Positions 17,515-25,859 of a DNA stretch of 51,077 bases are shown in pieces. The translations under genes were made by a program, and so were the position numbers. A model generated the notes under the pieces. That model was not told the origin of the DNA and ran no database searches. It saw only the letters and a list, made by a program, of their open reading frames with translations. The stretch covers positions 1 through 51,077 of the IMG/VR virus record IMGVR_UViG_3300016654_000063, one strand, 5' to 3'. Position 1 is the first letter of the stretch. Each line of letters begins with the position of its first letter. Origin of the DNA: a virus (lineage: Duplodnaviria > Caudoviricetes).

Positions 17515-17830
17515 GGTTGGTACCTACCCCCTCACCCACAAGTTTTTTTTGCTGTAGGCTCTTTTCTGCGTTCATCCGCCGTCTCAGGTCATCAAGCGCA
17601 TCTTTGCCCCGAATTCTCTCGATGTCAACGCAGACTTGCAGCCACCAAGATTGCGCGTTGACGGATCCTGCCTCGCCAATCTTCTGGCGGTATCTCCTGA
17701 TCCACTCCCTCGCTTCGCTTTGCTTCATGCATTCGATTATCTCCGGTGACCCATAGGGCGATTGATATTCTGTCCGCTCCAATAGGATATCCTTCGCGCG
17801 TTTTGTCAAGGACTTTTTTTGCTTCTTCAT
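17495..17830 (-). CDS. Hypothetical protein
   Basis: ATGA-coupled to the upstream gene; EAREWIRRY...IERIRGKDALDDLRRRM looks like a folded helical domain. Confidence 0.6.
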   Translation of the reverse strand: MKKQKKSLTKRAKDILLERTEYQSPYGSPEIIECMKQSEAREWIRRYRQKIGEAGSVNAQSWWLQVCVDIERIRGKDALDDLRRRMNAEKSLQQKKLVGEGVGTNHEKKCD

Positions 17831-17837
17831 AATCCAT
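17625..17837 (-). CDS. Hypothetical protein overlapping 17495..17830 in another frame
   Basis: MDYEEAKKVLDKTREGYPI...IALWVTGD looks protein-like; GAGG upstream. Confidence 0.45.
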   Translation of the reverse strand: MDYEEAKKVLDKTREGYPIGADRISIALWVTGDNRMHEAKRSEGVDQEIPPEDWRGRIRQRAILVAASLR

Positions 17838-18231
17838 CACTAATCCTCAAGGCGCTGCGCCACATTTGTTTTTTAAACAAGCTCATTTCCTCACCCGCTT
17901 CTTCCCTAGCCTTCAAGTTATACGCCCATGCTTTGGGGTCTGTTGGGGTTTTGAGCAACGCAGCCAAATCTCGCAAAGTCTGCCTTTTTTCCTCCAATGT
18001 CATTGGTTTTGCAGGCTCTTCGTATTTAGGTGTTTTTGTAAATTGACCCGCATGAATCCGTTGGGTTATTCCTCCCCAATCCATCGGATCAGACCAAGCA
18101 TGGGCAGAGCACAGACGTCCTTGACCAGCGTCTACAGACCATTTATTGGGACAATTATGTGCTTGGCACATTAACTTGGCCTCCGCGTCCAATTCCTTCT
18201 CGATTTGCTTGTCAGCAGGCTTGAATGTCAT
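17827..18231 (-). CDS. Hypothetical replication-module protein with a Cys/His cluster
   Basis: ATGA overlap with the initiator stop; CQAHNCP...LCSAH. Confidence 0.7.
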   Translation of the reverse strand: MTFKPADKQIEKELDAEAKLMCQAHNCPNKWSVDAGQGRLCSAHAWSDPMDWGGITQRIHAGQFTKTPKYEEPAKPMTLEEKRQTLRDLAALLKTPTDPKAWAYNLKAREEAGEEMSLFKKQMWRSALRISDGL

Positions 18232-19046
18232 TTGTCGTATTTCCCATCGATGATCTTTGCAAAATTTCCCGCGGTCACGATCCACTCCAGATCCGGCCGC
18301 CATGTCCTGCCCTCAGACTCAAAGCCCTTGGACAGAGTCGTGTCTTTGATGTACTCAAAGAAGCCGCTCCACCACCTCAGCCCGTCCTCTTTGGTGTTGT
18401 AGCCGTTCGGGCTGTAGGCAGAGGGTTTGGCGGCTTGGATCCAGCGCTGCTTCAGCATCGCAGCGCGGTTGCCCTCCCAGACCCGAGGTTGAGCAAGGTG
18501 AGGCAGGTGCTTGGCGTAGAGCGCAACGATCTCCCGCTGCGGGCAAGTCGGCAAGCCTGCCGACAAAGGTACGTTAGTACCTTCATTAGAAGATGAAGAA
18601 GAAGATGAAGAAGAAGGGGTTGATTTTTGTTTAACCTCTTCCCCAACCTTATGGTTAACCTTCTCTCCATCCTTGTTGCCATCCTTGTTTCCAAGAAGTG
18701 AGGGGTTACCACCGAGTTTTCCCCCGGCAGCACGCGCATTCCGCACTGCCTCATCCCGGATCATGCGACGAGAGCAAATTGATCCATCTTCAGCAAGATC
18801 GTAAACGCCAGCCTGCCTCAACTCAGAAAGCCAACCTTCCACAACCTCCAAGGTTTCCCCAACCATACGAGCAAGGTTGTCTGGATGGATAACCTTCTGC
18901 CCAACCTTAAGGTGTCCATATGGTGCCCCCTCATGCATGTAGCAGATCATGTCAATCCACAAGCCGCGAGCGCCAGTCGAACAAGTGCGAAGCGCAGTGT
19001 CCCGCAGCCAATCGGCTGGATAGAACTGGAAAGAGGGCCTCTTCAT
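18228..19046 (-). CDS. Phage replication initiator protein
   Basis: N-terminal KRPSFQFYPADWLRD...ARGLWIDMICYMH, SRRMIRD, poly-Ser linker, C-terminal DLEWIV...NFAKIIDGKY. Confidence 0.75.
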   Translation of the reverse strand: MKRPSFQFYPADWLRDTALRTCSTGARGLWIDMICYMHEGAPYGHLKVGQKVIHPDNLARMVGETLEVVEGWLSELRQAGVYDLAEDGSICSRRMIRDEAVRNARAAGGKLGGNPSLLGNKDGNKDGEKVNHKVGEEVKQKSTPSSSSSSSSSNEGTNVPLSAGLPTCPQREIVALYAKHLPHLAQPRVWEGNRAAMLKQRWIQAAKPSAYSPNGYNTKEDGLRWWSGFFEYIKDTTLSKGFESEGRTWRPDLEWIVTAGNFAKIIDGKYDK

Positions 19047-19573
19047 TTCTGAGCCGCCTTCCGCTTGTTGATGCAAACGCCACAGAAGTACCGAAACGCC
19101 CGCTCTTTGTCGTATCCAAACCGCTGATAGGCAATCTCTGCGGCCTCCTGAACCTCAAAGAACCCCAACTCGCTGACGAACCCTTTGGTCGTGTAGAAGT
19201 CTCGTTTTGGCACATGAGGCGCGTCACCAACCAAAATCTTGAAGATCTGCCACGTTTCATCCTCAAGACGGCGCGACTTCTCCGCAATGATTGACTGGTA
19301 GCCAGCGATTTGCGCCTCTGCTTCCGCAATGCGCTCTGCCTTCTGCTTCAGGCTTTCCGGGACGTTGGATAACTTGTTTTTGCCCTTGCCTATGTTGCAC
19401 TGCTGGCAAGACGTAATGAGGTTGTCCATGTCATTTGACCCACCATTCGCAACCGGATGGATGTGATCAACTTGAAGAACTACCTTCGGCGGAGTTGCTC
19501 CGCAATATTGGCACTTGAACTCGTCGCGCTTGAATACCTCAAAACGCAACTTTTTGCCTAAATATCGGCCCAT
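19043..19573 (-). CDS. HNH endonuclease
   Basis: RFEVFKRDEFKCQYCG...VDHIHPVANGGSNDMDNLITSCQQCNIGK. Confidence 0.9.
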   Translation of the reverse strand: MGRYLGKKLRFEVFKRDEFKCQYCGATPPKVVLQVDHIHPVANGGSNDMDNLITSCQQCNIGKGKNKLSNVPESLKQKAERIAEAEAQIAGYQSIIAEKSRRLEDETWQIFKILVGDAPHVPKRDFYTTKGFVSELGFFEVQEAAEIAYQRFGYDKERAFRYFCGVCINKRKAAQK

Positions 19574-19678
19574 GCTCACCCCAAATGTCACCCCTTGTCT
19601 GGAACTTGCGGCAGGCGGGGGTGTGTCGCTTTTCAGTACGGGGATCAGCCGTACCTAGCCGGGTTCCAAACCATCGTA

Positions 19679-19879
19679 CTACACAAAGAGATCCGGGCGC
19701 AACTCCTTGCGCGTCACCAGTCCTTGTGTTGCGTCTTCGATACGCTTCGCCAGCTTCGGACTGCACACTTTCGTCCCGGCGATGAGTTTGCTCATCCACT
19801 CGGCGGTGATCCCAAGGTAGCGGGCCATCTCAGCCTTGGCCCCCCGCGGCTCTGTAGCGAAGTATTCTTGTAGCGTCAT
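19679..19879 (-). CDS. Cro/YdaS-like HTH regulator
   Basis: AEMARYLGITAEWMSKL HTH and IEDATQGLVTRKELRPDLF C-terminus; located at the divergence point. Confidence 0.85.
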   Translation of the reverse strand: MTLQEYFATEPRGAKAEMARYLGITAEWMSKLIAGTKVCSPKLAKRIEDATQGLVTRKELRPDLFV

Positions 19880-19885
19880 GCCCAC

Positions 19886-19948
19886 AATTATACATGAACT
19901 TCTTGTTCAACACTCTTTTACAAAAAAGATATTGACCTTGCTGTTCAA
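19886..19948. promoter_or_regulatory. Divergent control region with two operator-like palindromes
   Basis: ATGAACTTCTTGTTCAA (19894-19910) and TTGACCTTGCTGTTCAA (19932-19948); minus-strand TATAAT 7 nt before the Cro-like ATG. Confidence 0.7.
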
Positions 19949-20000
19949 GCCATGGTGTACTTCGTTTGCGCCATGTGGCGTTTGATGAAAGGACTAGAAG

Positions 20001-20204
20001 GTGAATGTGTACACGACCAAGGCGGGCGTCAAGATTGGCCTGCTTTACCAACCCAAACCCCCTGTGCTGTCGCATGACGAAGAAGTCATTCAAAGCGTGC
20101 TGCTGCGTGACCATCGTGTTGTGTGGCATCGGCGATTAACTGACAGCCTTGGCTACCTGTTTCTGGTGGTCTTAACGTTGATGCTGGCTTGGGCGGCTCT
20201 ATGA
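20001..20204 (+). CDS. Small hypothetical protein with a C-terminal TM helix
   Basis: AAGGA RBS, GTG start, YLFLVVLTLMLAWAAL. Confidence 0.65.
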   Translation: MNVYTTKAGVKIGLLYQPKPPVLSHDEEVIQSVLLRDHRVVWHRRLTDSLGYLFLVVLTLMLAWAAL

Positions 20205-20692
20205 GCGATCAAAAACAGTGCTGTGGTTGCAAAAAGCATAAACCGCACATTGAGTTCAGCAAAGACAAAAAGTCAAAAGACGGGTATTGCTATCGATGCA
20301 AACCTTGTTCTAAATTACAAAACGCCGAATGGTATAAAGCAAACCGGGAACGACTGATTGCTAAGGCGCGGGCGCGTGAACTTGCCGACCCTGAAAAGGC
20401 AAAACAAAAGAAACGCGAATACCGAGAACGGCATCGTGAACGGGTTAAGGAAGCAAACAGAAGGTACGCAGCGAAACCGGAAGTCAAAGAAAAGATGCGC
20501 GGCGACCCAAGGCGACTTGCGTATCTACGCAAGCGCGGAGAAGTTTCGCGTCAAACGCTTGACGACGAATATGTGCGCCGTGTTATGGCTCAAAAGTTAA
20601 ACATTACTGGAGCGCAGATTCCACAATCATTAGTGGAGGCGCAGAGAGAATTAATGAGAATCAAAAGGTTTATAAATGAACAATGTAAATGA
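20201..20692 (+). CDS. Zn-finger/basic helical protein resembling the N-terminal part of phage HNH proteins; no nuclease motif seen
   Basis: CCGCKK...EFSKDK..KDGYCYRCKPC, ATGA coupling. Confidence 0.7.
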   Translation: MSDQKQCCGCKKHKPHIEFSKDKKSKDGYCYRCKPCSKLQNAEWYKANRERLIAKARARELADPEKAKQKKREYRERHRERVKEANRRYAAKPEVKEKMRGDPRRLAYLRKRGEVSRQTLDDEYVRRVMAQKLNITGAQIPQSLVEAQRELMRIKRFINEQCK

Positions 20693-20897
20693 ACTAAGAA
20701 CGGAACTAGCGGATGTTTTTGCAAAACTTCGGGCCGGTGAAATTAAGCCCGGAGAGGCAGCAGAATTGGCAAACCTTGCAGGAAAAATGATTGGATCAGC
20801 AAAGGTGCAAGTAGAGTATTACGCTTTGCGGAAAGAATTGCCAGAAATATCTTTTCTAAAAGATGACAGCAAACAAAATGGCAATAAAAACCAATAA
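20676..20897 (+). CDS. Hypothetical protein
   Basis: 73-aa helical ORF overlapping its neighbours. Confidence 0.7.
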   Translation: MNNVNELRTELADVFAKLRAGEIKPGEAAELANLAGKMIGSAKVQVEYYALRKELPEISFLKDDSKQNGNKNQ

Positions 20898-21096
20898 ACA
20901 ATTTACGGTTGAGCAAGCCTTCCCATTCCTCAAGCCAAGTCAGGACGTTGGGGAGTACATCCCCGGCATGACTCTGAGGGACTACTTTGCGGCCAAGGCC
21001 ATGCAAGTATTTCTGGCGAACGACGAAACCACGTTTGAGGAAGACGCCGAGTCTGCATACCTTGTAGCGGACAAGATGATGGAGGCACGCAAGTGA
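20863..21096 (+). CDS. Small phage protein of the GMTLRDYFAAKAMQ type
   Basis: Motif AFP...GMTLRDYFAAKAMQ...AY..AD.M..AR. Confidence 0.8.
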   Translation: MTANKMAIKTNKQFTVEQAFPFLKPSQDVGEYIPGMTLRDYFAAKAMQVFLANDETTFEEDAESAYLVADKMMEARK

Positions 21097-21389
21097 CCCC
21101 GCAAAAGTGCAAGTGGTTTGGAAACTGCGTCGGAATAGTTTTGACTCAAGATGACGAAGGCAACGAAAGTTATTACATAGGAGCAGGTAATGGGCTTAAC
21201 GAAATTATCGATATCAATAACATTATCGCCAGAGGATCTCCGTTCCCCCGGGATGCAGGAGACCTTGTTTTTGGAAGAGTACGAGGAGTGGTTGAACGAC
21301 CCCCAAGCACAGAAGGAATACCAAGAGTGGTGCCTGAAAGACGAACAAAGAAGGGCCGCGCTGCCCGACCCGTTGGAGAAATGAAATGA
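21093..21389 (+). CDS. Hypothetical protein
   Basis: GGAGG RBS; GTGA and ATGA overlaps at the two ends. Confidence 0.65.
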   Translation: MTPQKCKWFGNCVGIVLTQDDEGNESYYIGAGNGLNEIIDINNIIARGSPFPRDAGDLVFGRVRGVVERPPSTEGIPRVVPERRTKKGRAARPVGEMK

Positions 21390-22021
21390 GTTTTATTGTA
21401 GAAAGTAATAAAGAGTTCAAACTGGTTCCGCAAGGAACCCATCTGGCTCGGTGCTATCGGATCATCGATCTGGGCACCCAACAGACCGAATGGCAGGGAC
21501 AAGAAAAATTCCTGCGGAAAATCATGGTTGCGTGGGAGATCCACGGAGAAGACGAAACCGGCCAGCCCATCAAAACCGATGAGGGCGAACCGATGGCAAT
21601 CTTCAAGAACTACACCCTGTCTTGGAGTGAAAACTCCAATCTCAGAAAAGATCTGCAAGCATGGCGAGGCGCACCTTGGACAGATCAAGAAGCCATTCGG
21701 TTTGACTTGAAAAACATCCTTGGTCAGTGGTGCATGATCAGCGTCGTACATCGACCCGGGGCCAACGGGAAGACATACGCAAACGTATGGGGACTGACGC
21801 CCGTACCCGGAGTAATCAAGCGGCAAGGTATGCCTGATCCCTACAACGATGTCCAAATCTTTCGCCTTGCTGATCCTGATTGGGGGCTGTTTGATACCTT
21901 TGGCAAGGGGCTGAAGGCGAAGATCGAATCAAGTCCTGAGTATCAGGCAATCTCCAAGAAAAAAGACCCGCCGAAAAATGATTCGGGGTTTGATTATATG
22001 GATGAGGATATTCCTTTTTAA
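21386..22021 (+). CDS. Putative single-stranded DNA-binding protein
   Basis: VPQGTHLARCYRIIDLGTQ N-terminus and acidic C-terminal tail MDEDIPF typical of SSBs. Confidence 0.7.
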   Translation: MSFIVESNKEFKLVPQGTHLARCYRIIDLGTQQTEWQGQEKFLRKIMVAWEIHGEDETGQPIKTDEGEPMAIFKNYTLSWSENSNLRKDLQAWRGAPWTDQEAIRFDLKNILGQWCMISVVHRPGANGKTYANVWGLTPVPGVIKRQGMPDPYNDVQIFRLADPDWGLFDTFGKGLKAKIESSPEYQAISKKKDPPKNDSGFDYMDEDIPF

Positions 22022-22046
22022 ACGCGTCCCCATTTAGGAGAGTAGC

Positions 22047-22328
22047 ATGGTAAAAATATTCAAAGACAAAAACACTGGCGACTTTGTTCTGCAAACTACA
22101 GCCATCGATACGGATGCTTTCATGGCAGAACTTGCAGAAGCTATGGATTCTGCAATCAAATCAAGCGACGACGATGGCATCAGTGCGCTCGGCATTCTAA
22201 AAAACGCTATGCCGATTGCTTACAAACTTTCAGGATACAAGGCAGAGAACGTACAAGAGCAGCGCACTTTGGTTTGCGGAAACATTTCCCCACATGCCTG
22301 CGAGGTAGTATCAAGTGCAGGTCGGTGA
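22047..22328 (+). CDS. Hypothetical protein
   Basis: 93 aa with AGGAG RBS. Confidence 0.6.
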   Translation: MVKIFKDKNTGDFVLQTTAIDTDAFMAELAEAMDSAIKSSDDDGISALGILKNAMPIAYKLSGYKAENVQEQRTLVCGNISPHACEVVSSAGR

Positions 22329-22854
22329 GCTTTGGTGGGCAGGAAAAGAAGAGGCTTTGTCCACCAAGTTGGACAAGATGGCTCCCTCCTGTCTGTCACT
22401 AGACAATATTCTTGACGAGGCAACAGTCAAAACGTCAGAGTTTAGAGACGGGATTGGCTTTAAAGCATCTGTTTTAAAAAGAGATCCCGTCGAGCTTCAA
22501 TTGAATTTGTATTTACAATGGAAATTAGGCATGGAATCATCAATAGCAGCAACAGAATCAACGCAACGTGCTCAAGCCGCAGTTGAAAAACTTAGATTAT
22601 CGCTAGTTGATTTTCGTGGAACGATCAAGAACGATCTAAGTTCTATGAAAGCGGCTAGCGAACGTGTTCAAAGCGAAGTTCTTCAGATGCGAGATAGATA
22701 CAAGCAGGCGCAAGACTTATTGATTAGTCCCGAGTTTATGAAAGCAGTTGAAAACGCAGAGCGCATGGCGGCAGCTTTGGATTCAATCCAAAAACTGACA
22801 GAAACTAAAATTAGCGTTGCCGTTTTTGGCACGAGCGGCGATACAAAGAAATAA
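22315..22854 (+). CDS. Hypothetical coiled-coil protein (start uncertain)
   Basis: 179-aa ORF with a heptad-rich C-terminal half. Confidence 0.55.
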   Translation: MQVGELWWAGKEEALSTKLDKMAPSCLSLDNILDEATVKTSEFRDGIGFKASVLKRDPVELQLNLYLQWKLGMESSIAATESTQRAQAAVEKLRLSLVDFRGTIKNDLSSMKAASERVQSEVLQMRDRYKQAQDLLISPEFMKAVENAERMAAALDSIQKLTETKISVAVFGTSGDTKK

Positions 22855-22875
22855 ACAAGTTCTTGAGGGCAAAAC

Positions 22876-23637
22876 ATGATCATTGGTCGAGCATCTGAGG
22901 CCAGTCACTGGTACACCCGTACTGGTGACGCTGCATATACCGTTACCGCGCGAAATGGTGAGCAGCGCCCTACAACCCTCAAGGACGCAAAAAAGATGGG
23001 GCTGTACCCATCGGTCACCACCATCATAAAAGCCGCTGCAAACCCCGCTTTAGAGGCTTGGAAGATCAATCAAATGATGCTGGCAGCTATGACCCTTCCC
23101 AGGGCAGACGGGGAGAGCGAAGAGTCGTTTGTCAGCCGGGTACAGGCGGACTCGAAAGAGCAGGGGAGACAAGCTGCAGAGCGGGGCACAGAGATCCACA
23201 GCAAGGTGGAAAAATTCTTCAACGGAACGATAGAGGCAGACTCGTTGCCTTATTTGGAGGCGGTTTACAAATCTGTAGATAAACAGTTCGGAAACTTGAA
23301 ATGGTCTGCGGAAAAATCATTTGCCTTCTCGGGGTTCGGCGGGAAGGTGGATTTACATACAACTGAGGGTGATGGTGTTGTGATTGACTTCAAAACAAAG
23401 GAGTTTACCTCCGAGTCTTTGGAGAAGGCTCAGGGATATGATGAGCATCTCATGCAGTTATCAGCCTACAGAGTTGGACTGCAAATCCCCCAAGCAAGAT
23501 GCGCCAATGTTTTTATCTCTGTTATTGAGACGGGGTTGGTTGTCGTCAAGGAGTGGACTCAAGAGGAGCTAGATCGGGGATGGAAGATGTTTGATTCTCT
23601 GAAAAACTATTGGTATGCAAAATCAGGATTGGTATGA
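22876..23637 (+). CDS. PD-(D/E)XK exonuclease
   Basis: YPSVTTII, AAERGTEIH, GGKVDL...VIDFKT and QLSAY motifs. Confidence 0.85.
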   Translation: MIIGRASEASHWYTRTGDAAYTVTARNGEQRPTTLKDAKKMGLYPSVTTIIKAAANPALEAWKINQMMLAAMTLPRADGESEESFVSRVQADSKEQGRQAAERGTEIHSKVEKFFNGTIEADSLPYLEAVYKSVDKQFGNLKWSAEKSFAFSGFGGKVDLHTTEGDGVVIDFKTKEFTSESLEKAQGYDEHLMQLSAYRVGLQIPQARCANVFISVIETGLVVVKEWTQEELDRGWKMFDSLKNYWYAKSGLV

Positions 23638-23873
23638 AAAACCCCTATCTGTCAAAAGAAGAAGTTGTAGAAATATTCCTGTCCCAAGTTGCAGCCCATC
23701 TCAAACAAAACTACATGTTTTCGCCAGAGGATCTGGAAACCATCGCAACCATATTTATCATGTCGGCAACACCTAAAATTGCTGGAACGGAGCGCGATTT
23801 GTGTATTGATTTTGTCAGGTCACTCAATTCTCATGTAGCAAATGCTCTGGAAGAAAAGAGGGGTAATCTGTGA
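23634..23873 (+). CDS. Hypothetical protein
   Basis: ATGA overlap with the exonuclease stop. Confidence 0.6.
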   Translation: MKNPYLSKEEVVEIFLSQVAAHLKQNYMFSPEDLETIATIFIMSATPKIAGTERDLCIDFVRSLNSHVANALEEKRGNL

Positions 23874-24061
23874 ATCAAGAAAGCACCATGAGAATGTCCA
23901 TCATTCTGATGAAGATAGAGAATCTGGAAAAGAAAATCCATGATGCCTATCTTGAAAAGCAATACGAAAAGATACGCCAGATGGCAGATGACTTGATTGT
24001 TTGTGCGCTACAGATTAAGCAAGATATCAAAGGCAAAAAAAGCCCCCAAGCGGGGGCGTAA
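23870..24061 (+). CDS. Hypothetical protein
   Basis: 63-aa ORF, last of the plus-strand block. Confidence 0.55.
   Translation: MNQESTMRMSIILMKIENLEKKIHDAYLEKQYEKIRQMADDLIVCALQIKQDIKGKKSPQAGA
24035..24058 (-). terminator. Rho-independent terminator of the late minus-strand operon
   Basis: Minus strand GCCCCC-GCTT-GGGGGC-TTTTTTT at the convergence point. Confidence 0.8.
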
Positions 24062-24104
24062 CTTCCTTGGCAACTGCGGAAGAATATTGAAAATACCTAG
24101 CCTC

Positions 24105-25856
24105 TCAAGGGTATACAGGTTGAGCAGCTTGTAGCAAGTCTTGTTCTGCTTGGTCTAATGGAGAGGTAATTCCGCCAGCACGAGACATTAGATTTGTTAA
24201 TGGAGGCTCTGCGCGGCGCATCATTTCTGGGCGCTTTGTAGCCATGGTGGTTAGAGCGCCCATAACGGGGTTATTGTAAATCGCAGCAGCAGCAGGAACT
24301 GTTACTAACAGTTGTGGGGCAGCATATGCAGCAGCGGCTTCTCCACCGCCCAATCCTAACATGCGGCCCGCCTGTCCAGCCGTCAGAAGTCTCTCCGCCG
24401 TGCCGCTGCTTGGCATAGACTTGCCCATGATTTCCAGTGCGGCCTGAGACTCCGGGTACAGCAATCCTTGGCCAGAAGCAAATGCGCCCTTTCCCTTGGT
24501 TTCTGCCTTGACGGCAGACTCAAGCTGGGCGGGAGAAAACACGCGGCCTTCAGCCCCTACATAGCCAGCAGCCCGCTCAAACGGAAGATGGCGACGAAAA
24601 GCCTGATGGATGCCAGTCAGTTCATCCGCAAACTTCGGGTTCTGTGTTGCCAGTTCTTCCCTAATCTTCCCCTGCAACTCTCGAAGGGCAACACCTACAT
24701 CGTAGGTCTTGGGGTCACGCATATACTGGTACGCGACATTCCCAAGGGCTTTCTCTGCATCACGGAACTCCTTGCCGGTCAGAGACCCCTTAACAGCCAA
24801 CGGATCAATGATGAATCTATTGAACTCATCTCTAACGGCCTGAGAAAGATTAGCCGCTGTAGATGACGGCAAGCCTCGCGTCACCTCGGCAAGTTTGTCG
24901 TTGAATACCTTGGTCGTTGTTGTAAATCCTGAGGCAGAAGTTGGATCGTTGTAGCGCACATTCTGTAATTTTAGTTGCGGAGTGATCTTGTCGTATGCGT
25001 CAGTAATACGCTTGTTCACATAGTCAATCAACTCTTCGCCGGATTTGATTGTTTTCGGAACGCTCTCGCCCATTGGCTCAAGCACCCGGTTAGCAACCGC
25101 TCTGTTGAAGTCTTGCTGAGATCTTTCAAGACCACCACGAATTGCCATGCCAGTCAGCGGCAGACTGGTCAAGGCTTGCTCCGTTGCGCGGATGCCTTTG
25201 CCAATTACCGGAATCTGGCTTGCCAACTGACCGGGGGTGAAGTATTTCATGCCCATGGATTGCAATTCTTGCAAAGCAGGGGAAACTTGAGGACTAAGCG
25301 CTAGTTGAGTTCCTTTCCCCATAGCGCCGCTCAACAATCCGGCCTGCCCCATTTGTTTTGCTTTTTGGGATAAAAAATCTTCGTAACTTGCGGGAGTTAC
25401 TTCTGTTGGAGAAAACGCAGCTTGACCAGCCCCTATAGCTGCAGATTTCCCAAGGACAGATTTATCAAGCGCTTTAGGAAGAACTTTGGAAACTAATTTT
25501 CCAGATTTCGTGGGAATTGGATTGGCAAGCTCGCCAACAAATTCGCCAATTTGAGCGGGTACGCCTCCGGACTCTGCAACAAACTTAGATATTTCTTCTA
25601 GTTTTTCTGCTGGTTTATTAACACCGGCATACTGCAAAACTCCAGCAAATGGTTTAGCAAATCCTACTGCGGCGGCAACAGGCAAAGAACCCAGAATCTC
25701 TTTTTTGTATAAATCTTCTTTAGTTATTGTAGGTTTTTCTTTTTTGTCGGAAGGCAACGGCGGCAACTTACTCAATGCTTCAGCCATTTCAGCCTTAGAC
25801 ATTCCGTCAGGAAATTGAACCGGGCCATATCCAACAACTTCGACGATTTGAGGCAT
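24105..25856 (-). CDS. Putative ejection/DNA-transfer protein
   Basis: 583 aa, alpha-helical and A/G-rich, N-terminal V.FPDGMS motif; last gene of the virion operon. Confidence 0.6.
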   Translation of the reverse strand: MPQIVEVVGYGPVQFPDGMSKAEMAEALSKLPPLPSDKKEKPTITKEDLYKKEILGSLPVAAAVGFAKPFAGVLQYAGVNKPAEKLEEISKFVAESGGVPAQIGEFVGELANPIPTKSGKLVSKVLPKALDKSVLGKSAAIGAGQAAFSPTEVTPASYEDFLSQKAKQMGQAGLLSGAMGKGTQLALSPQVSPALQELQSMGMKYFTPGQLASQIPVIGKGIRATEQALTSLPLTGMAIRGGLERSQQDFNRAVANRVLEPMGESVPKTIKSGEELIDYVNKRITDAYDKITPQLKLQNVRYNDPTSASGFTTTTKVFNDKLAEVTRGLPSSTAANLSQAVRDEFNRFIIDPLAVKGSLTGKEFRDAEKALGNVAYQYMRDPKTYDVGVALRELQGKIREELATQNPKFADELTGIHQAFRRHLPFERAAGYVGAEGRVFSPAQLESAVKAETKGKGAFASGQGLLYPESQAALEIMGKSMPSSGTAERLLTAGQAGRMLGLGGGEAAAAYAAPQLLVTVPAAAAIYNNPVMGALTTMATKRPEMMRRAEPPLTNLMSRAGGITSPLDQAEQDLLQAAQPVYP

Positions 25857-25859
25857 GAT

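Noticed and set aside
22876-23637. Cas4-like nuclease as evidence of a CRISPR system
   Set aside because: Stand-alone PD-(D/E)XK nucleases near SSB genes are ordinary phage recombination genes, and there is no array
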